Below, one piece after another: positions 20,474-29,847 of a DNA stretch of 64,000 bases. Position 1 is the stretch's first letter, and every line of letters begins with the position of its first letter. Position numbers and translations under genes: made by a program. The notes beneath the pieces are model-generated. The model worked only from the letters and a program-made list of their open reading frames with translations. It searched no databases and was not told where the DNA came from. The DNA is from an uncultured Cellvibrionales bacterium (GTDB lineage Bacteria > Pseudomonadota > Gammaproteobacteria > Pseudomonadales > GM7GCV1). The stretch spans positions 5,607 through 69,606 of the forward strand of contig CAJXYP010000006.1 in NCBI GenBank assembly GCA_913063225.1, read 5' to 3'.

Positions 20474-20482
20474 TGCTAGAAT
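20474..20482 (+). promoter_or_regulatory. extended -10 element TGCTAGAAT upstream of paralogue 2
   Basis: TTTGCTAGAATG, 28 nt upstream of the ATG at 20511. It overlaps the 20481 ATG of the ORF track, which argues against that start. Confidence 0.45.
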
Positions 20483-20510
20483 GCCCCATTCAAAAACCAC
20501 CGGAACCATC

Positions 20511-22745
20511 ATGATCCATTCAGCGAAGGAGTTAGTAAAACTAGCTGCATTTGTCTCGCTTTTCACGCATGCCGGCTTTGCCCTTTCTCAAAATACTGCT
20601 GAGCAGGCAGGCAAAAAATTCGCAGCTGCAAAAACTGACCAGGCCCCTCAAATTGACGGTGATATATCCGATGCTTCCTGGGCGAATGCTGTGCGCGTTG
20701 ACGATTGGCTCCAGCTTTCGCCCATCGAATACCGAACTCCTTCGGAACATACCGAAGTGTGGATGATGTACGACGAGGACGCGTTGTACTTTGGTTTTTA
20801 CGCCCACGATAGCGCTCCGGATCAAATCACTAACAATGTGCTACAGCAGGGCACCACCACCCGCGATGAAGATAAAGTAGGCTTGGTTCTAGACCCCTTT
20901 AATAATCAGAGAAGCGGATACCGATTTGAGCTAAATGCAAATGGAGTGCGCTCAGAGGCCATTTATATTAGTGGCACCCGACCCTCCTTTGATTGGGAAG
21001 GCATTTGGAATGCAAGCGCAAAATTTGTTGAAGACGGCTGGACCGCCGAATTCGAGATTCCATTTAAATCTCTGTCTTTTGATCCCTCCAACGAGATCTG
21101 GGGCGTAAACTTCACGCGTAACCTCCAACGCAACCAAGAGGTTATGGCTTGGTATTCGTTTAACGGCGTATACAGCCCCACCAGCGCGGGCAAGATGACC
21201 GGTATCACCGAGACAACTCAAGGGATAGGCCTTGATGTTATTCCCGCCCTCAGCGGCAACTCTTTTGACGACAGTGTCGTAGGGGATTCAACTTCAGAGA
21301 TTCAGCCTTCCGTTGATATTTTTTACAAAATCACTCCGCAAATTAATCTTGCAGCAACAGTTAACACTGATTTTTCAGCAACCGAGGCAGACAGCAACTC
21401 GCTAAATCTCTCTCGTTTCCGGAGGTTCTTTCAGGAAAAGCGCGCATTTTTTCTAAACGATTTTGACGCTTTCAATTTTGGCCTGGCCAATTTGAGAATG
21501 CAGGGGGTCGAGTCGGGTAACAATGCGCTGGCTTTCTATTCGCGTCGTATCGGCTTGAACGACAACGGCCAGCCAGTAGATATTGTCGGCGGTATAAAAG
21601 TCAGCGGGCAGGCGGGAAATACCGAATTGGGGGCTCTAGTAATGCGCCAAGATGAGGCTGATGTTGAACTCCGTAGTGGCGGCACAGAAACTATTGCTGC
21701 GACGAATGCCATCGTTGCGCGCGTTTCCCAATCCATTTTGGGTGAATCAAAGGTCGGCTTAATTTTTACTGATGGCAACCCCACCGAAAATCAAAGTAAC
21801 TCGCTCTATGGAGTCGATTTTCAGTATCGCGATACTAGTTTCTACCAAGGTAAAACCCTTGATGCGGTTCTGATGTACCAACAATCCGTAGACCCTGACT
21901 TTGATAACAAACAAAGTAGCTATAGCGCTGCCTTTAGTGTTGGCGCGCAGGAAGGCTGGTATGGCGGTGCCCAGTATTTTGCCGTTGAAGAGAACTACAG
22001 TCCCGGGCTAGGCTTTACCCAACGAACTGATGCCGAGCTTTTATCTAGTAAATTGATTCACAGGTGGCTTTTCGACGATTCCATAATCAATTTTAGTCAA
22101 ATACAGCTCACCACCATTAGCTGGAAGGATTTAGATAGTGGCGATTTGGATTTTGAAAAGATTACTTTCATGCCGGTCGATATACATTTCCGTCGCGGCG
22201 ACTCCGTGCATTTCTTCGTTGACCACGAAAAACAATCGGTCGCCGCTGGAGACAGAGTTACCGGCGATTTAGGAATAGCCATTCCGGCAGGCATCTACGA
22301 AGATGTTATCTATAATCTTAACTACGGATCACCAGGCTATTACGATATTTCCGGTGAAATTCATATATCTAAGGGTGATTACTTTACCGGAAGTTTTACC
22401 GAGGTTAGTCCCGAGATTAGCTGGCAGGCGAATCGACATGTCGTCTTGGAGCTCGGTTACGAGCTTACAAAATACGAACTACCTGGCGAAACGATTTTCA
22501 CCAGAGAAGTGAATTTTGATTTAACCATCGCCTTTAACTCCAAAGTATCCCTAACTTCGCAAATCGAATATGACAATGTGCGCAGAGAAGCTTCGTTCAA
22601 TAACCGCTTGCGATGGAACATCGAGCCGGGTCAGGATTTGTGGGTAGTGTTTAACCAAGGATTAGTGGACCAGGATGAAGACTATAGCTTCGCAGTAGAA
22701 GACACGTCCGCAGCCTTTAAACTGCGATATACCCTACGTTTCTAA
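20511..22745 (+). CDS. CBM9/DOMON-like + DUF5916-type outer-membrane protein, paralogue 2
   Basis: Start chosen at MIHSAKELVKLAAF, which aligns with MTKSAKELVKLATI of paralogue 1. Co-linear homology throughout. Ends FKLRYTLRF. Confidence 0.85.
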   Translation: MIHSAKELVKLAAFVSLFTHAGFALSQNTAEQAGKKFAAAKTDQAPQIDGDISDASWANAVRVDDWLQLSPIEYRTPSEHTEVWMMYDEDALYFGFYAHDSAPDQITNNVLQQGTTTRDEDKVGLVLDPFNNQRSGYRFELNANGVRSEAIYISGTRPSFDWEGIWNASAKFVEDGWTAEFEIPFKSLSFDPSNEIWGVNFTRNLQRNQEVMAWYSFNGVYSPTSAGKMTGITETTQGIGLDVIPALSGNSFDDSVVGDSTSEIQPSVDIFYKITPQINLAATVNTDFSATEADSNSLNLSRFRRFFQEKRAFFLNDFDAFNFGLANLRMQGVESGNNALAFYSRRIGLNDNGQPVDIVGGIKVSGQAGNTELGALVMRQDEADVELRSGGTETIAATNAIVARVSQSILGESKVGLIFTDGNPTENQSNSLYGVDFQYRDTSFYQGKTLDAVLMYQQSVDPDFDNKQSSYSAAFSVGAQEGWYGGAQYFAVEENYSPGLGFTQRTDAELLSSKLIHRWLFDDSIINFSQIQLTTISWKDLDSGDLDFEKITFMPVDIHFRRGDSVHFFVDHEKQSVAAGDRVTGDLGIAIPAGIYEDVIYNLNYGSPGYYDISGEIHISKGDYFTGSFTEVSPEISWQANRHVVLELGYELTKYELPGETIFTREVNFDLTIAFNSKVSLTSQIEYDNVRREASFNNRLRWNIEPGQDLWVVFNQGLVDQDEDYSFAVEDTSAAFKLRYTLRF

Positions 22746-22800
22746 GGGTTATATCGCAATAAAACTTTACTCTTTCAGAGCTTAAACCGGACAGCCATTT

Positions 22801-22809
22801 TGATAGAAT
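22801..22809 (+). promoter_or_regulatory. extended -10 element TGATAGAAT upstream of paralogue 3
   Basis: TTTGATAGAATG, 30 nt upstream of the ATG at 22840. Confidence 0.45.
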
Positions 22810-22839
22810 GCCGCCAAATTTACATGGATAGCATTTTTA

Positions 22840-25071
22840 ATGGAATTGAATCAATTTAGATTGTTCAAACTGGTTCTCAGTCTCTTGCTGGTTGCACAAG
22901 CAGGGTTTGTTTTTGCCCAAAATACTCCTGAACAGGCAAATAAGAACTTCAGCATCCCCCATACAAGCCAAGCACCGCAAATCGACGGTGATTTATCTGA
23001 CCCTATGTGGCAAAACGCTGCCCATATTACTGACTTTCTTCAAGCATCGCCCTTAGAGTACCGGGCTCCATCAGAGCGCACAGAAGCTTATATCGCCTAT
23101 GATGAAGACGCTATTTATGTGGGCTTTTTTGTGCACGACAGCCGTCCAGACGAGATGACGGCGAATGTTTTAGAGCAAGAAGGCAATCTGGCCAATGAAG
23201 ATAAAGTTATCATCATTCTCGACCCTTTTGACAATCAACGTAGCGGTTACCTTTTTCAAATCAATCCCAATGGGGTTCGCAAGCAGGCGATATTTCTCTC
23301 CGGCACCCAAGCTTCTTATAGCTGGGCCGGAATTTGGAATGGCACCTCGAAAATAGTTGAGGGCGGTTGGACTGCAGAGCTTGAGATTCCCTTCAAGTCC
23401 ATATCCTTTGACCCTGAAAACCCCACTTGGGGAGTAAATTTTGGCCGCGAACTTCAGCGCACTCAAGAAGAGATGGCTTGGTATTCGCAAAACGGCGCCT
23501 TTACCCCCGTTAGTTCCGGCAAGATGACCGGAATTACCGGAGCTAGCCAAGGCATGGGATTGGATGTAGTTCCAGCCATTAGCGGCAGCTCGTTCGAAGA
23601 TAGCGTTGTTGGCAATGAGACATCCGAGATTCAACCCTCCGTAGATATCTTTTATAAAATCACACCACAAATCAATTTGGCGGTGACCCTTAACACTGAC
23701 TTTTCCGCAACCGAAGCGGATACCAATGCCCTGAATAACTCCAAGTTCAGACGCTTCTTTGAGGAAAAACGCGCCTTCTTCTTGAATGACTTTGATGCCT
23801 TTAATTTCGGTCTAGCGGAGGTAGACTTAGATGGGGTTAAATCCGACAACAATGCGCTTGCCTTCTATTCACGACGAATCGGCTTGAGTGACGATGGCAC
23901 ACCGGTAGACATTGTTGGCGGCGCCAAAATTAGTGGCCGTTCAGGAAACACAGAATTTGGCGCACTAATTATGCGACAGGATGAGACCACCCTAACCCGC
24001 GGCGGCATCACTGAAATAATTGATCCCACCAATGCGATTGTTGCTCGTGTCTCTCAAACTATTTTTTCTGAATCAAAAATCGGCGTTATTTTTACCGATG
24101 GCAACCCCGCTGAAAACGAAAGTAACTCACTTTATGGGGCAGATTTTCATTACCGAAACACCGATTTTTATAACGGCAAGAGCCTCGACGTAGTCTTGAT
24201 GGGCCAGCAGACCCAAGATCCGGACTACAACGACAATCAAGGCAGTTATAGCGCGGCCTTATCGTTTAGTGACGACGAAGGCTTTACTGGTGGAGCGCAG
24301 TATTTTGCAGTCGAAGAAAATTATCATGCCGGACTAGGCTTTACCCAGCGTACGAATTCAGAGCTGATTTCCGGACAAATCCGACATGGTCAAAACTATG
24401 AAAATAGCATTGTACAAAGGACGGTTTCTCAGATCGAAATTATTCGGTGGCAAGATTTAGATACTGGAGAGCTGGATTCAGAAGAAATCAGCTTGGTACC
24501 CCGTTGGTATAGATTTGTGCGCGGTGACACAGCCCGTTTAAAAATTGTCCAACGAAAAGAGTCCGTAAGTTTAGGTGATAACCCTTCCGGCGATTTGGGA
24601 TTTGCTATACCTATCGGAGAGTACACAGATACCAGCTATGACCTCAGATATACATCTCCTACTCATTGGGATGTTTTCGGTGAAGTTGATCTGAAGTGGG
24701 GGGACTATTTCACCGGCACCTTTACCAATACGAACCCGGAAGTAAGTTGGCAGGCAAACCAACATGTTTTGATCGGCATTGGATATGACTACACTAGGTA
24801 CGAATTTGGTACCGATTCAATCTTTACTCGAGAAGTAGAGTTCAGTCTGGATATCGCATTCAATGCTTCTTGGTCTCTTGCCTCTAAAATTGAATACGAC
24901 AATGTTCGAAGACAAGCAGCCTTCACCAACCGGCTTCGCTGGAACATGCGGCCAGGTCAAGATCTCTGGATCGTATTCAACCAAGGCCTAGTGGACGCAG
25001 ATGATGACTACAAGTTTGTAGTCGAAAATACTGCAGCGGCCTTTAAGCTGAGATATACCTTTCGATATTAG
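22840..25071 (+). CDS. CBM9/DOMON-like + DUF5916-type outer-membrane protein, paralogue 3
   Basis: 743 aa. Signal peptide ends VFA/QNTPEQA. Ends FKLRYTFRY. Confidence 0.85.
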   Translation: MELNQFRLFKLVLSLLLVAQAGFVFAQNTPEQANKNFSIPHTSQAPQIDGDLSDPMWQNAAHITDFLQASPLEYRAPSERTEAYIAYDEDAIYVGFFVHDSRPDEMTANVLEQEGNLANEDKVIIILDPFDNQRSGYLFQINPNGVRKQAIFLSGTQASYSWAGIWNGTSKIVEGGWTAELEIPFKSISFDPENPTWGVNFGRELQRTQEEMAWYSQNGAFTPVSSGKMTGITGASQGMGLDVVPAISGSSFEDSVVGNETSEIQPSVDIFYKITPQINLAVTLNTDFSATEADTNALNNSKFRRFFEEKRAFFLNDFDAFNFGLAEVDLDGVKSDNNALAFYSRRIGLSDDGTPVDIVGGAKISGRSGNTEFGALIMRQDETTLTRGGITEIIDPTNAIVARVSQTIFSESKIGVIFTDGNPAENESNSLYGADFHYRNTDFYNGKSLDVVLMGQQTQDPDYNDNQGSYSAALSFSDDEGFTGGAQYFAVEENYHAGLGFTQRTNSELISGQIRHGQNYENSIVQRTVSQIEIIRWQDLDTGELDSEEISLVPRWYRFVRGDTARLKIVQRKESVSLGDNPSGDLGFAIPIGEYTDTSYDLRYTSPTHWDVFGEVDLKWGDYFTGTFTNTNPEVSWQANQHVLIGIGYDYTRYEFGTDSIFTREVEFSLDIAFNASWSLASKIEYDNVRRQAAFTNRLRWNMRPGQDLWIVFNQGLVDADDDYKFVVENTAAAFKLRYTFRY

Positions 25072-25138
25072 ATGCGCTATAGGGATCCCAACCCTAAACA
25101 ACTCTTAATCCTAAGAAGCACTGATTAATCCCGCTTTT

Positions 25139-25147
25139 TGCTAAAAT
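25139..25147 (+). promoter_or_regulatory. extended -10 element TGCTAAAAT upstream of paralogue 4
   Basis: TTTGCTAAAATC. The spacer is homologous to the paralogue-5 spacer. An 8-bp-stem hairpin at 25160-25180 lies in the putative leader. Confidence 0.4.
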
Positions 25148-25207
25148 CGTTTTTCCAATAAACAGCCAAGTAGGCTGTTTCAATTCCCGCCCAAAAATGG
25201 ATCTAAG

Positions 25208-27466
25208 TTGATTAACCGAAGTCTCTCGCGTCAAAAATATTTCACTCAAGTAAAACTAGCAGTTTCGCTATTGATCCTTCTCCAAGCAAGTAGCCTTTTA
25301 GCCCAAAATGCGCCAGACCAGGCCGATAAAGATTTCACTGCGGCTAGAACTGATCGAGCACCTCTAATCGATGGGGATTTGTCCGACGCAGTTTGGGCGA
25401 ACGCCGTCAGAATCGATGACTTTCTTGAGTTAAGTCCCATTGAATACCGGCCTGCCTCTGAGCATACCGAAGTCTATGTGCTCTATGACGACAATGCTCT
25501 TTATGTCGGATTCTATGTTCGCGATAGCAAACCCGATGGAATTACGGCCAATGCATTGCGCCCGGATGCTCCCTTGCGAGACGATGATAAGGTCAACCTG
25601 ATTATCGATCCGTTTAATGCTCAGCGCACTGGCTATCAATTCCAGCTCAATCCTAATGGCTCACGAAGTGAAGCAATATATGTCACGGGAACACGACCGT
25701 CTTATGACTGGGAAGGTATCTGGAATGGTGGCTCAAAAATAGTTGAGGACGGCTGGACAGCCGAGATGGAGATTCCTTTCAAATCTCTATCTTTCGACCC
25801 GGATAATGAAACTTGGGGGTTCAACGTTTTTCGAAATATACAGAGGAATCAAGCCAGTACAGCTTGGTTTTCCCGCAACGGACAACCTCACCCGACAAGT
25901 GCTGGAACGATGCGCGGTATGCGAGGGCTATCACAAGGAGCCGGATTAGATATTGTTCCTGCTCTGGCTGGCAATTCTTTTGACGATAAAGTTAGCGGTA
26001 ACAGCGAATCTCAAATAGAGCCCTCGGTCGACATCTTCTACAAGATCAACCCGCAGATTAATCTTGCGGTTACGCTAAATACGGACTTTTCTGCTACAGA
26101 AGCCGATAGTAATGCCATAAACAACACCAGATTCCGACAGTTCTTTGAAGAGCAGCGTGCCTTTTTCTTGAACGATTTTGATGCCTTTAAATATGGCTTG
26201 ACCGACTTACAGTTACAGGTCGATGAGACAGGCAATAACGCACTTGCATTCTACTCTCGAAGAATCGGCATTAGCGAAGATGGCACGCCAGTAAACATCG
26301 TCGGCGGAGCCAAAATTAGCGGTCGATTCGGTGGGACAGAGTTCGGTGCCCTCGTTATGCGTCAAGACGAGTTTGAGGTTAGAGATAGCGCAGGAAACCT
26401 TACCGGTGTGATCGATCCAACTAACGCCTTTGTTGCCCGTGTCAGCCAGCCCGTTTTTGCCGAATCAAAAGTCGGCTTTATCATCACGGATGGCAACCCA
26501 GCTGAAAACCAAGACAACTCGCTATATGGGCTGGATTTCCAATACAGAGATACCGAGTTTTATGGAGGCAAAAGCCTGAATGCGATTTTCTTGGCACAAA
26601 AAACTAATGATCCGGATTTTGATGATAAGCAGGGCAGCTTTACTGCAGTTGTTTCCGTATCGGATCAAAACGGCTGGCAAGGTGGCGCTGAATACTTTGC
26701 TGTTGAAGAAAATTACAGCCCTGGTTTAGGTTTTACCCAGCGCCACAATGCGAAGCTTTTTGCAGGAAATGTTTCTTATACTTGGTTGTTTGACGATTCA
26801 TTATATTGGCAAGAGATCAGTTCGAGCCTAGACGCCCATCAGTGGAATTTTCTCGAAAGTGGTGAACTCGACGCTTCAGAGATCAGCTGGACTATTGCTG
26901 AGGCCACTAATCAGCGCGGTGATGAGTTCGGCATAGAGATTTCAAGAGAAAAAGAAAATGTGCTCCCCGGGCAGAACCCTACAGGCCAACTAGGTTTCAA
27001 TATTCCGGTCGGCACCTATACCCAAGACCTATTTGAACTAAGCTATGAAGCTCCCAGATATTGGGATTTATCCGGGAGCATGATGCTCCGCACCGGCGAT
27101 TTTTATACTGGAACGAGAACTTTTTTACGCCCCCAGCTTAGCTGGCAAATGAATAGACATGTCGAATTGAGCGGAGGCTATCGCTTCAATCGATATAGCC
27201 TCCCCGAAGGCACGACCTATACTCGTGAGCTTAACGCCGAGATGATTATTGCCTTCAGTTCAAAGGTTTCGCTTACCTCTCAGATCGAATACGACAATGT
27301 CCGCCATGAACTGATATTCAACAATCGCCTGCGCTGGGAGATCGAACCGGGTCAAGACCTCTGGGTTGTCTTTAATCAGGGCATGATCGACGAAGATGAG
27401 GATTACAAATTTGCGGTTCAGAATACCGCAGCGGCTTTTAAGCTGAGATATACCTTTCGATACTAG
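25208..27466 (+). CDS. CBM9/DOMON-like + DUF5916-type outer-membrane protein, paralogue 4
   Basis: 752 aa. TTG is the only in-frame start upstream of the signal peptide (..SSLLA/QNAPDQA). Ends FKLRYTFRY. Confidence 0.8.
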   Translation: MINRSLSRQKYFTQVKLAVSLLILLQASSLLAQNAPDQADKDFTAARTDRAPLIDGDLSDAVWANAVRIDDFLELSPIEYRPASEHTEVYVLYDDNALYVGFYVRDSKPDGITANALRPDAPLRDDDKVNLIIDPFNAQRTGYQFQLNPNGSRSEAIYVTGTRPSYDWEGIWNGGSKIVEDGWTAEMEIPFKSLSFDPDNETWGFNVFRNIQRNQASTAWFSRNGQPHPTSAGTMRGMRGLSQGAGLDIVPALAGNSFDDKVSGNSESQIEPSVDIFYKINPQINLAVTLNTDFSATEADSNAINNTRFRQFFEEQRAFFLNDFDAFKYGLTDLQLQVDETGNNALAFYSRRIGISEDGTPVNIVGGAKISGRFGGTEFGALVMRQDEFEVRDSAGNLTGVIDPTNAFVARVSQPVFAESKVGFIITDGNPAENQDNSLYGLDFQYRDTEFYGGKSLNAIFLAQKTNDPDFDDKQGSFTAVVSVSDQNGWQGGAEYFAVEENYSPGLGFTQRHNAKLFAGNVSYTWLFDDSLYWQEISSSLDAHQWNFLESGELDASEISWTIAEATNQRGDEFGIEISREKENVLPGQNPTGQLGFNIPVGTYTQDLFELSYEAPRYWDLSGSMMLRTGDFYTGTRTFLRPQLSWQMNRHVELSGGYRFNRYSLPEGTTYTRELNAEMIIAFSSKVSLTSQIEYDNVRHELIFNNRLRWEIEPGQDLWVVFNQGMIDEDEDYKFAVQNTAAAFKLRYTFRY

Positions 27467-27518
27467 AGAAGCTCTAAACATCTCTTAATCATAAGAAACA
27501 CTGATTAAGACCGCTGTT

Positions 27519-27527
27519 TGCTAATAT
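27519..27527 (+). promoter_or_regulatory. extended -10 element TGCTAATAT upstream of paralogue 5
   Basis: TTTGCTAATATC, 43 nt upstream of the ATG at 27571. A weak 6-bp hairpin at 27537-27552 lies in the leader. Confidence 0.4.
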
Positions 27528-27570
27528 CGACCTCCCAAGAATTTCGATTCTTAAGTTAGTTGGTATTTTT

Positions 27571-29814
27571 ATGCAGCAAGATTTTTCCCGCCCAATAAAT
27601 TTAGCCGCATCGCTGTTGATCCTTCTTCAGGCGACTGGCCTAGTAGCTCAAAATACGCCCGACCAGGCAAGTAAAATATTTGAGATCAGCCGCACCGATA
27701 CCGCACCGCAAATTGACGGCGATTTATCAGACCCAGTTTGGGCAAACGCAGCGCGCCGGGACGACTTTTTGGAGTTTTTTCCTGTTGAATATCGAGCCGC
27801 CTCGGAACGCACTGAAGTCTATGTAATGTATGACGAGAACGCTCTCTACATAGGCTTCTATGTTTACGATAGCAAGCCGGATGAAATCACAGCCAATGTC
27901 TTCGCAGGGGAAGGAAATCATAGATACGAAGATAAGGTCATTCTGATGCTAGACCCAGGCAATACTCAGCGTGGCGGTTATTTGTTTCAGGTAACCGCAA
28001 ATGGCCTACAAAGCGAAGCCCTCTTTACTACAGGAAGCCAAGTGGCCCGTAATTGGGAAGCCATATGGCAAGGGAATGCAAAATTTGTCAAAGATGGCTG
28101 GACCGCTGAAATGGAAATTCCATTTAAGTCTCTGTCTTTTGATCCATACAACGATACCTGGGGTGTCAATTTCACCAGAGACCTGCAAAGAACCCAGGCC
28201 GAGTTCGGTTGGTACTCTCTTAACGGAGACGCAAATGTGGCAAACGCTGGGAAAATGACTGGGATCACCGGACTGTCTCAGGGTGCCGGCTTGGATATTG
28301 TTCCCGCCCTAAGTGGCACCTCATTTGACGATAAGGTAACTGGAAACAGTGAATCTGAAATCAAACCTTCGGTAGATATTTTTTACAAAATCACTCCGCA
28401 AATTAATCTCGCAGTAACCGTAAATACGGATTTCTCTGCTACCGAAGCGGATAGCAATACGCTAAACGCTTCCCGGTTCAGACGCTTCTTCCAGGAAAAG
28501 CGCGCTTTTTTCCTTAGCGACTTTGATATCTTTAATTTTGGATTAACCGGCCGACAGCTAAATGGTAGAGAATCCGGTAACAATGCTCGGGCCTTCTATT
28601 CACGCCGAATCGGATTGAGTGAGAATGGCACACCAGTGGACATCGAAGGTGGCATTAAACTAAGCGGCCAAGTTGGACGCACTGAGTTTGGCGCCCTTGT
28701 TATGAGGCAAGATGAGTTTGAGGTAACCGATAATACTGGAACTGTGACTGACGTCATTAACCCAACCAATGCCATAGTAGCCCGGGTTTCACAGTCAATT
28801 CTTACAGAATCCAAAATTGGATTTATCTTCACCGATGGTAACCCGGCGGAAAACCAAAGCAACTCATTGTATGGAGTGGATTTCAACTATCGCGACTCTG
28901 ACTTCTACGCTGGTAAAAGCTTGGATGCGGTAGTCGCCTATCAGCAATCTGAAGATCCGGACTTTGACGACAATCAGAGCAGCTATACAGCCGCTGTATC
29001 CTTTTCCGGCAGCAGCGGTTGGCAGGGTGGTATGCAGTACTTTGGTGTCGAGGAAAACTACAACCCGGGACTAGGCTTTACCCAGCGCACTAACTCCGAG
29101 TTATTCTCAAGCGAGCTTTTTTACGTTTGGATTTTTGAAAACTCTACTTGGTTGCAAGAGGTAGAAAGCGAAATTAGTACCACAAAGTGGAACGATTTGG
29201 ATACGGGGAGTTTGGACTCATCCGAACTGAGTATTACCCTGGCCAACATTACCTTCCTTCGCGGAGATCGAGTGCAAATTGAAGTCTCTAGAGAAAAGGA
29301 AGATGTCAGCCCGAATGATAGGAATCCAACGGGCGATTTAGGGTTCAGCATTCCCAATGGCACCTATACTCAAGACAGGTACGAAATAAGTTATTCATCC
29401 CCCGCCTTTTGGGACTTAAGCGGTGGCCTGGAGCTGAATTCCGGCGACTATTTCACAGGAACCAGCACCTCCCTGCAACAAAGCCTTAACTGGCAGGCGA
29501 ATCGATATATATCTTTAGGCGGCTCATATGAATTGACTAAATTTGAGCTGCCAGAAAGCAATATTTACACTCGGGAAGTAACTTTTGACCTCGGTGTTTC
29601 CTTCACACCCTCAATTTCACTAAGCTCGCAAATCGAATATGACAACGTGCGTAGAGAGGCTTCTTTTAACAATCGCCTTAGATGGGAAATTGAGGAAGGA
29701 CAAGATCTTTGGATTGTTTATAACCAAGGGCTGCTAGACGTTGATGAAGACTACAAGTTTGCGGTTCAAAACACCGCGGTGGCTTTCAAACTAAGATATA
29801 CATTACGGTTCTGA
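27571..29814 (+). CDS. CBM9/DOMON-like + DUF5916-type outer-membrane protein, paralogue 5
   Basis: 747 aa. Signal peptide ends GLVA/QNTPDQA. Ends FKLRYTLRF. Confidence 0.85.
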   Translation: MQQDFSRPINLAASLLILLQATGLVAQNTPDQASKIFEISRTDTAPQIDGDLSDPVWANAARRDDFLEFFPVEYRAASERTEVYVMYDENALYIGFYVYDSKPDEITANVFAGEGNHRYEDKVILMLDPGNTQRGGYLFQVTANGLQSEALFTTGSQVARNWEAIWQGNAKFVKDGWTAEMEIPFKSLSFDPYNDTWGVNFTRDLQRTQAEFGWYSLNGDANVANAGKMTGITGLSQGAGLDIVPALSGTSFDDKVTGNSESEIKPSVDIFYKITPQINLAVTVNTDFSATEADSNTLNASRFRRFFQEKRAFFLSDFDIFNFGLTGRQLNGRESGNNARAFYSRRIGLSENGTPVDIEGGIKLSGQVGRTEFGALVMRQDEFEVTDNTGTVTDVINPTNAIVARVSQSILTESKIGFIFTDGNPAENQSNSLYGVDFNYRDSDFYAGKSLDAVVAYQQSEDPDFDDNQSSYTAAVSFSGSSGWQGGMQYFGVEENYNPGLGFTQRTNSELFSSELFYVWIFENSTWLQEVESEISTTKWNDLDTGSLDSSELSITLANITFLRGDRVQIEVSREKEDVSPNDRNPTGDLGFSIPNGTYTQDRYEISYSSPAFWDLSGGLELNSGDYFTGTSTSLQQSLNWQANRYISLGGSYELTKFELPESNIYTREVTFDLGVSFTPSISLSSQIEYDNVRREASFNNRLRWEIEEGQDLWIVYNQGLLDVDEDYKFAVQNTAVAFKLRYTLRF

Positions 29815-29847
29815 TCCCTCGCTGCTAAACTATCCGTCCCTGCCGAG

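Noticed and set aside
20481-20510. Upstream ATG (MPHSKTTGTI...) given by the ORF track for paralogue 2
   Set aside because: It overlaps the conserved TGCTAGAAT -10 element. The ATG at 20511 aligns exactly with the start of paralogue 1 (M..SAKELVKLA).
23170-23670. 166-aa minus-strand ORF inside paralogue 3
   Set aside because: It lies fully inside a well-supported sense CDS and has low-complexity composition. No equivalent ORF is kept open in the other four paralogues.
18987-28583. Recurring ~65-aa minus-strand ORFs inside each paralogue (18987-19187, 23652-23852, 26038-26235, 28383-28583), with similar sequences (..NLKASKSF.KNARFS.KNRLN..)
   Set aside because: They are antisense shadows of the most conserved coding stretch (FRRFF.EKRAFFLNDFDAF) of the sense genes. 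Their similarity is explained by sense-strand conservation. They have no RBS or independent support.
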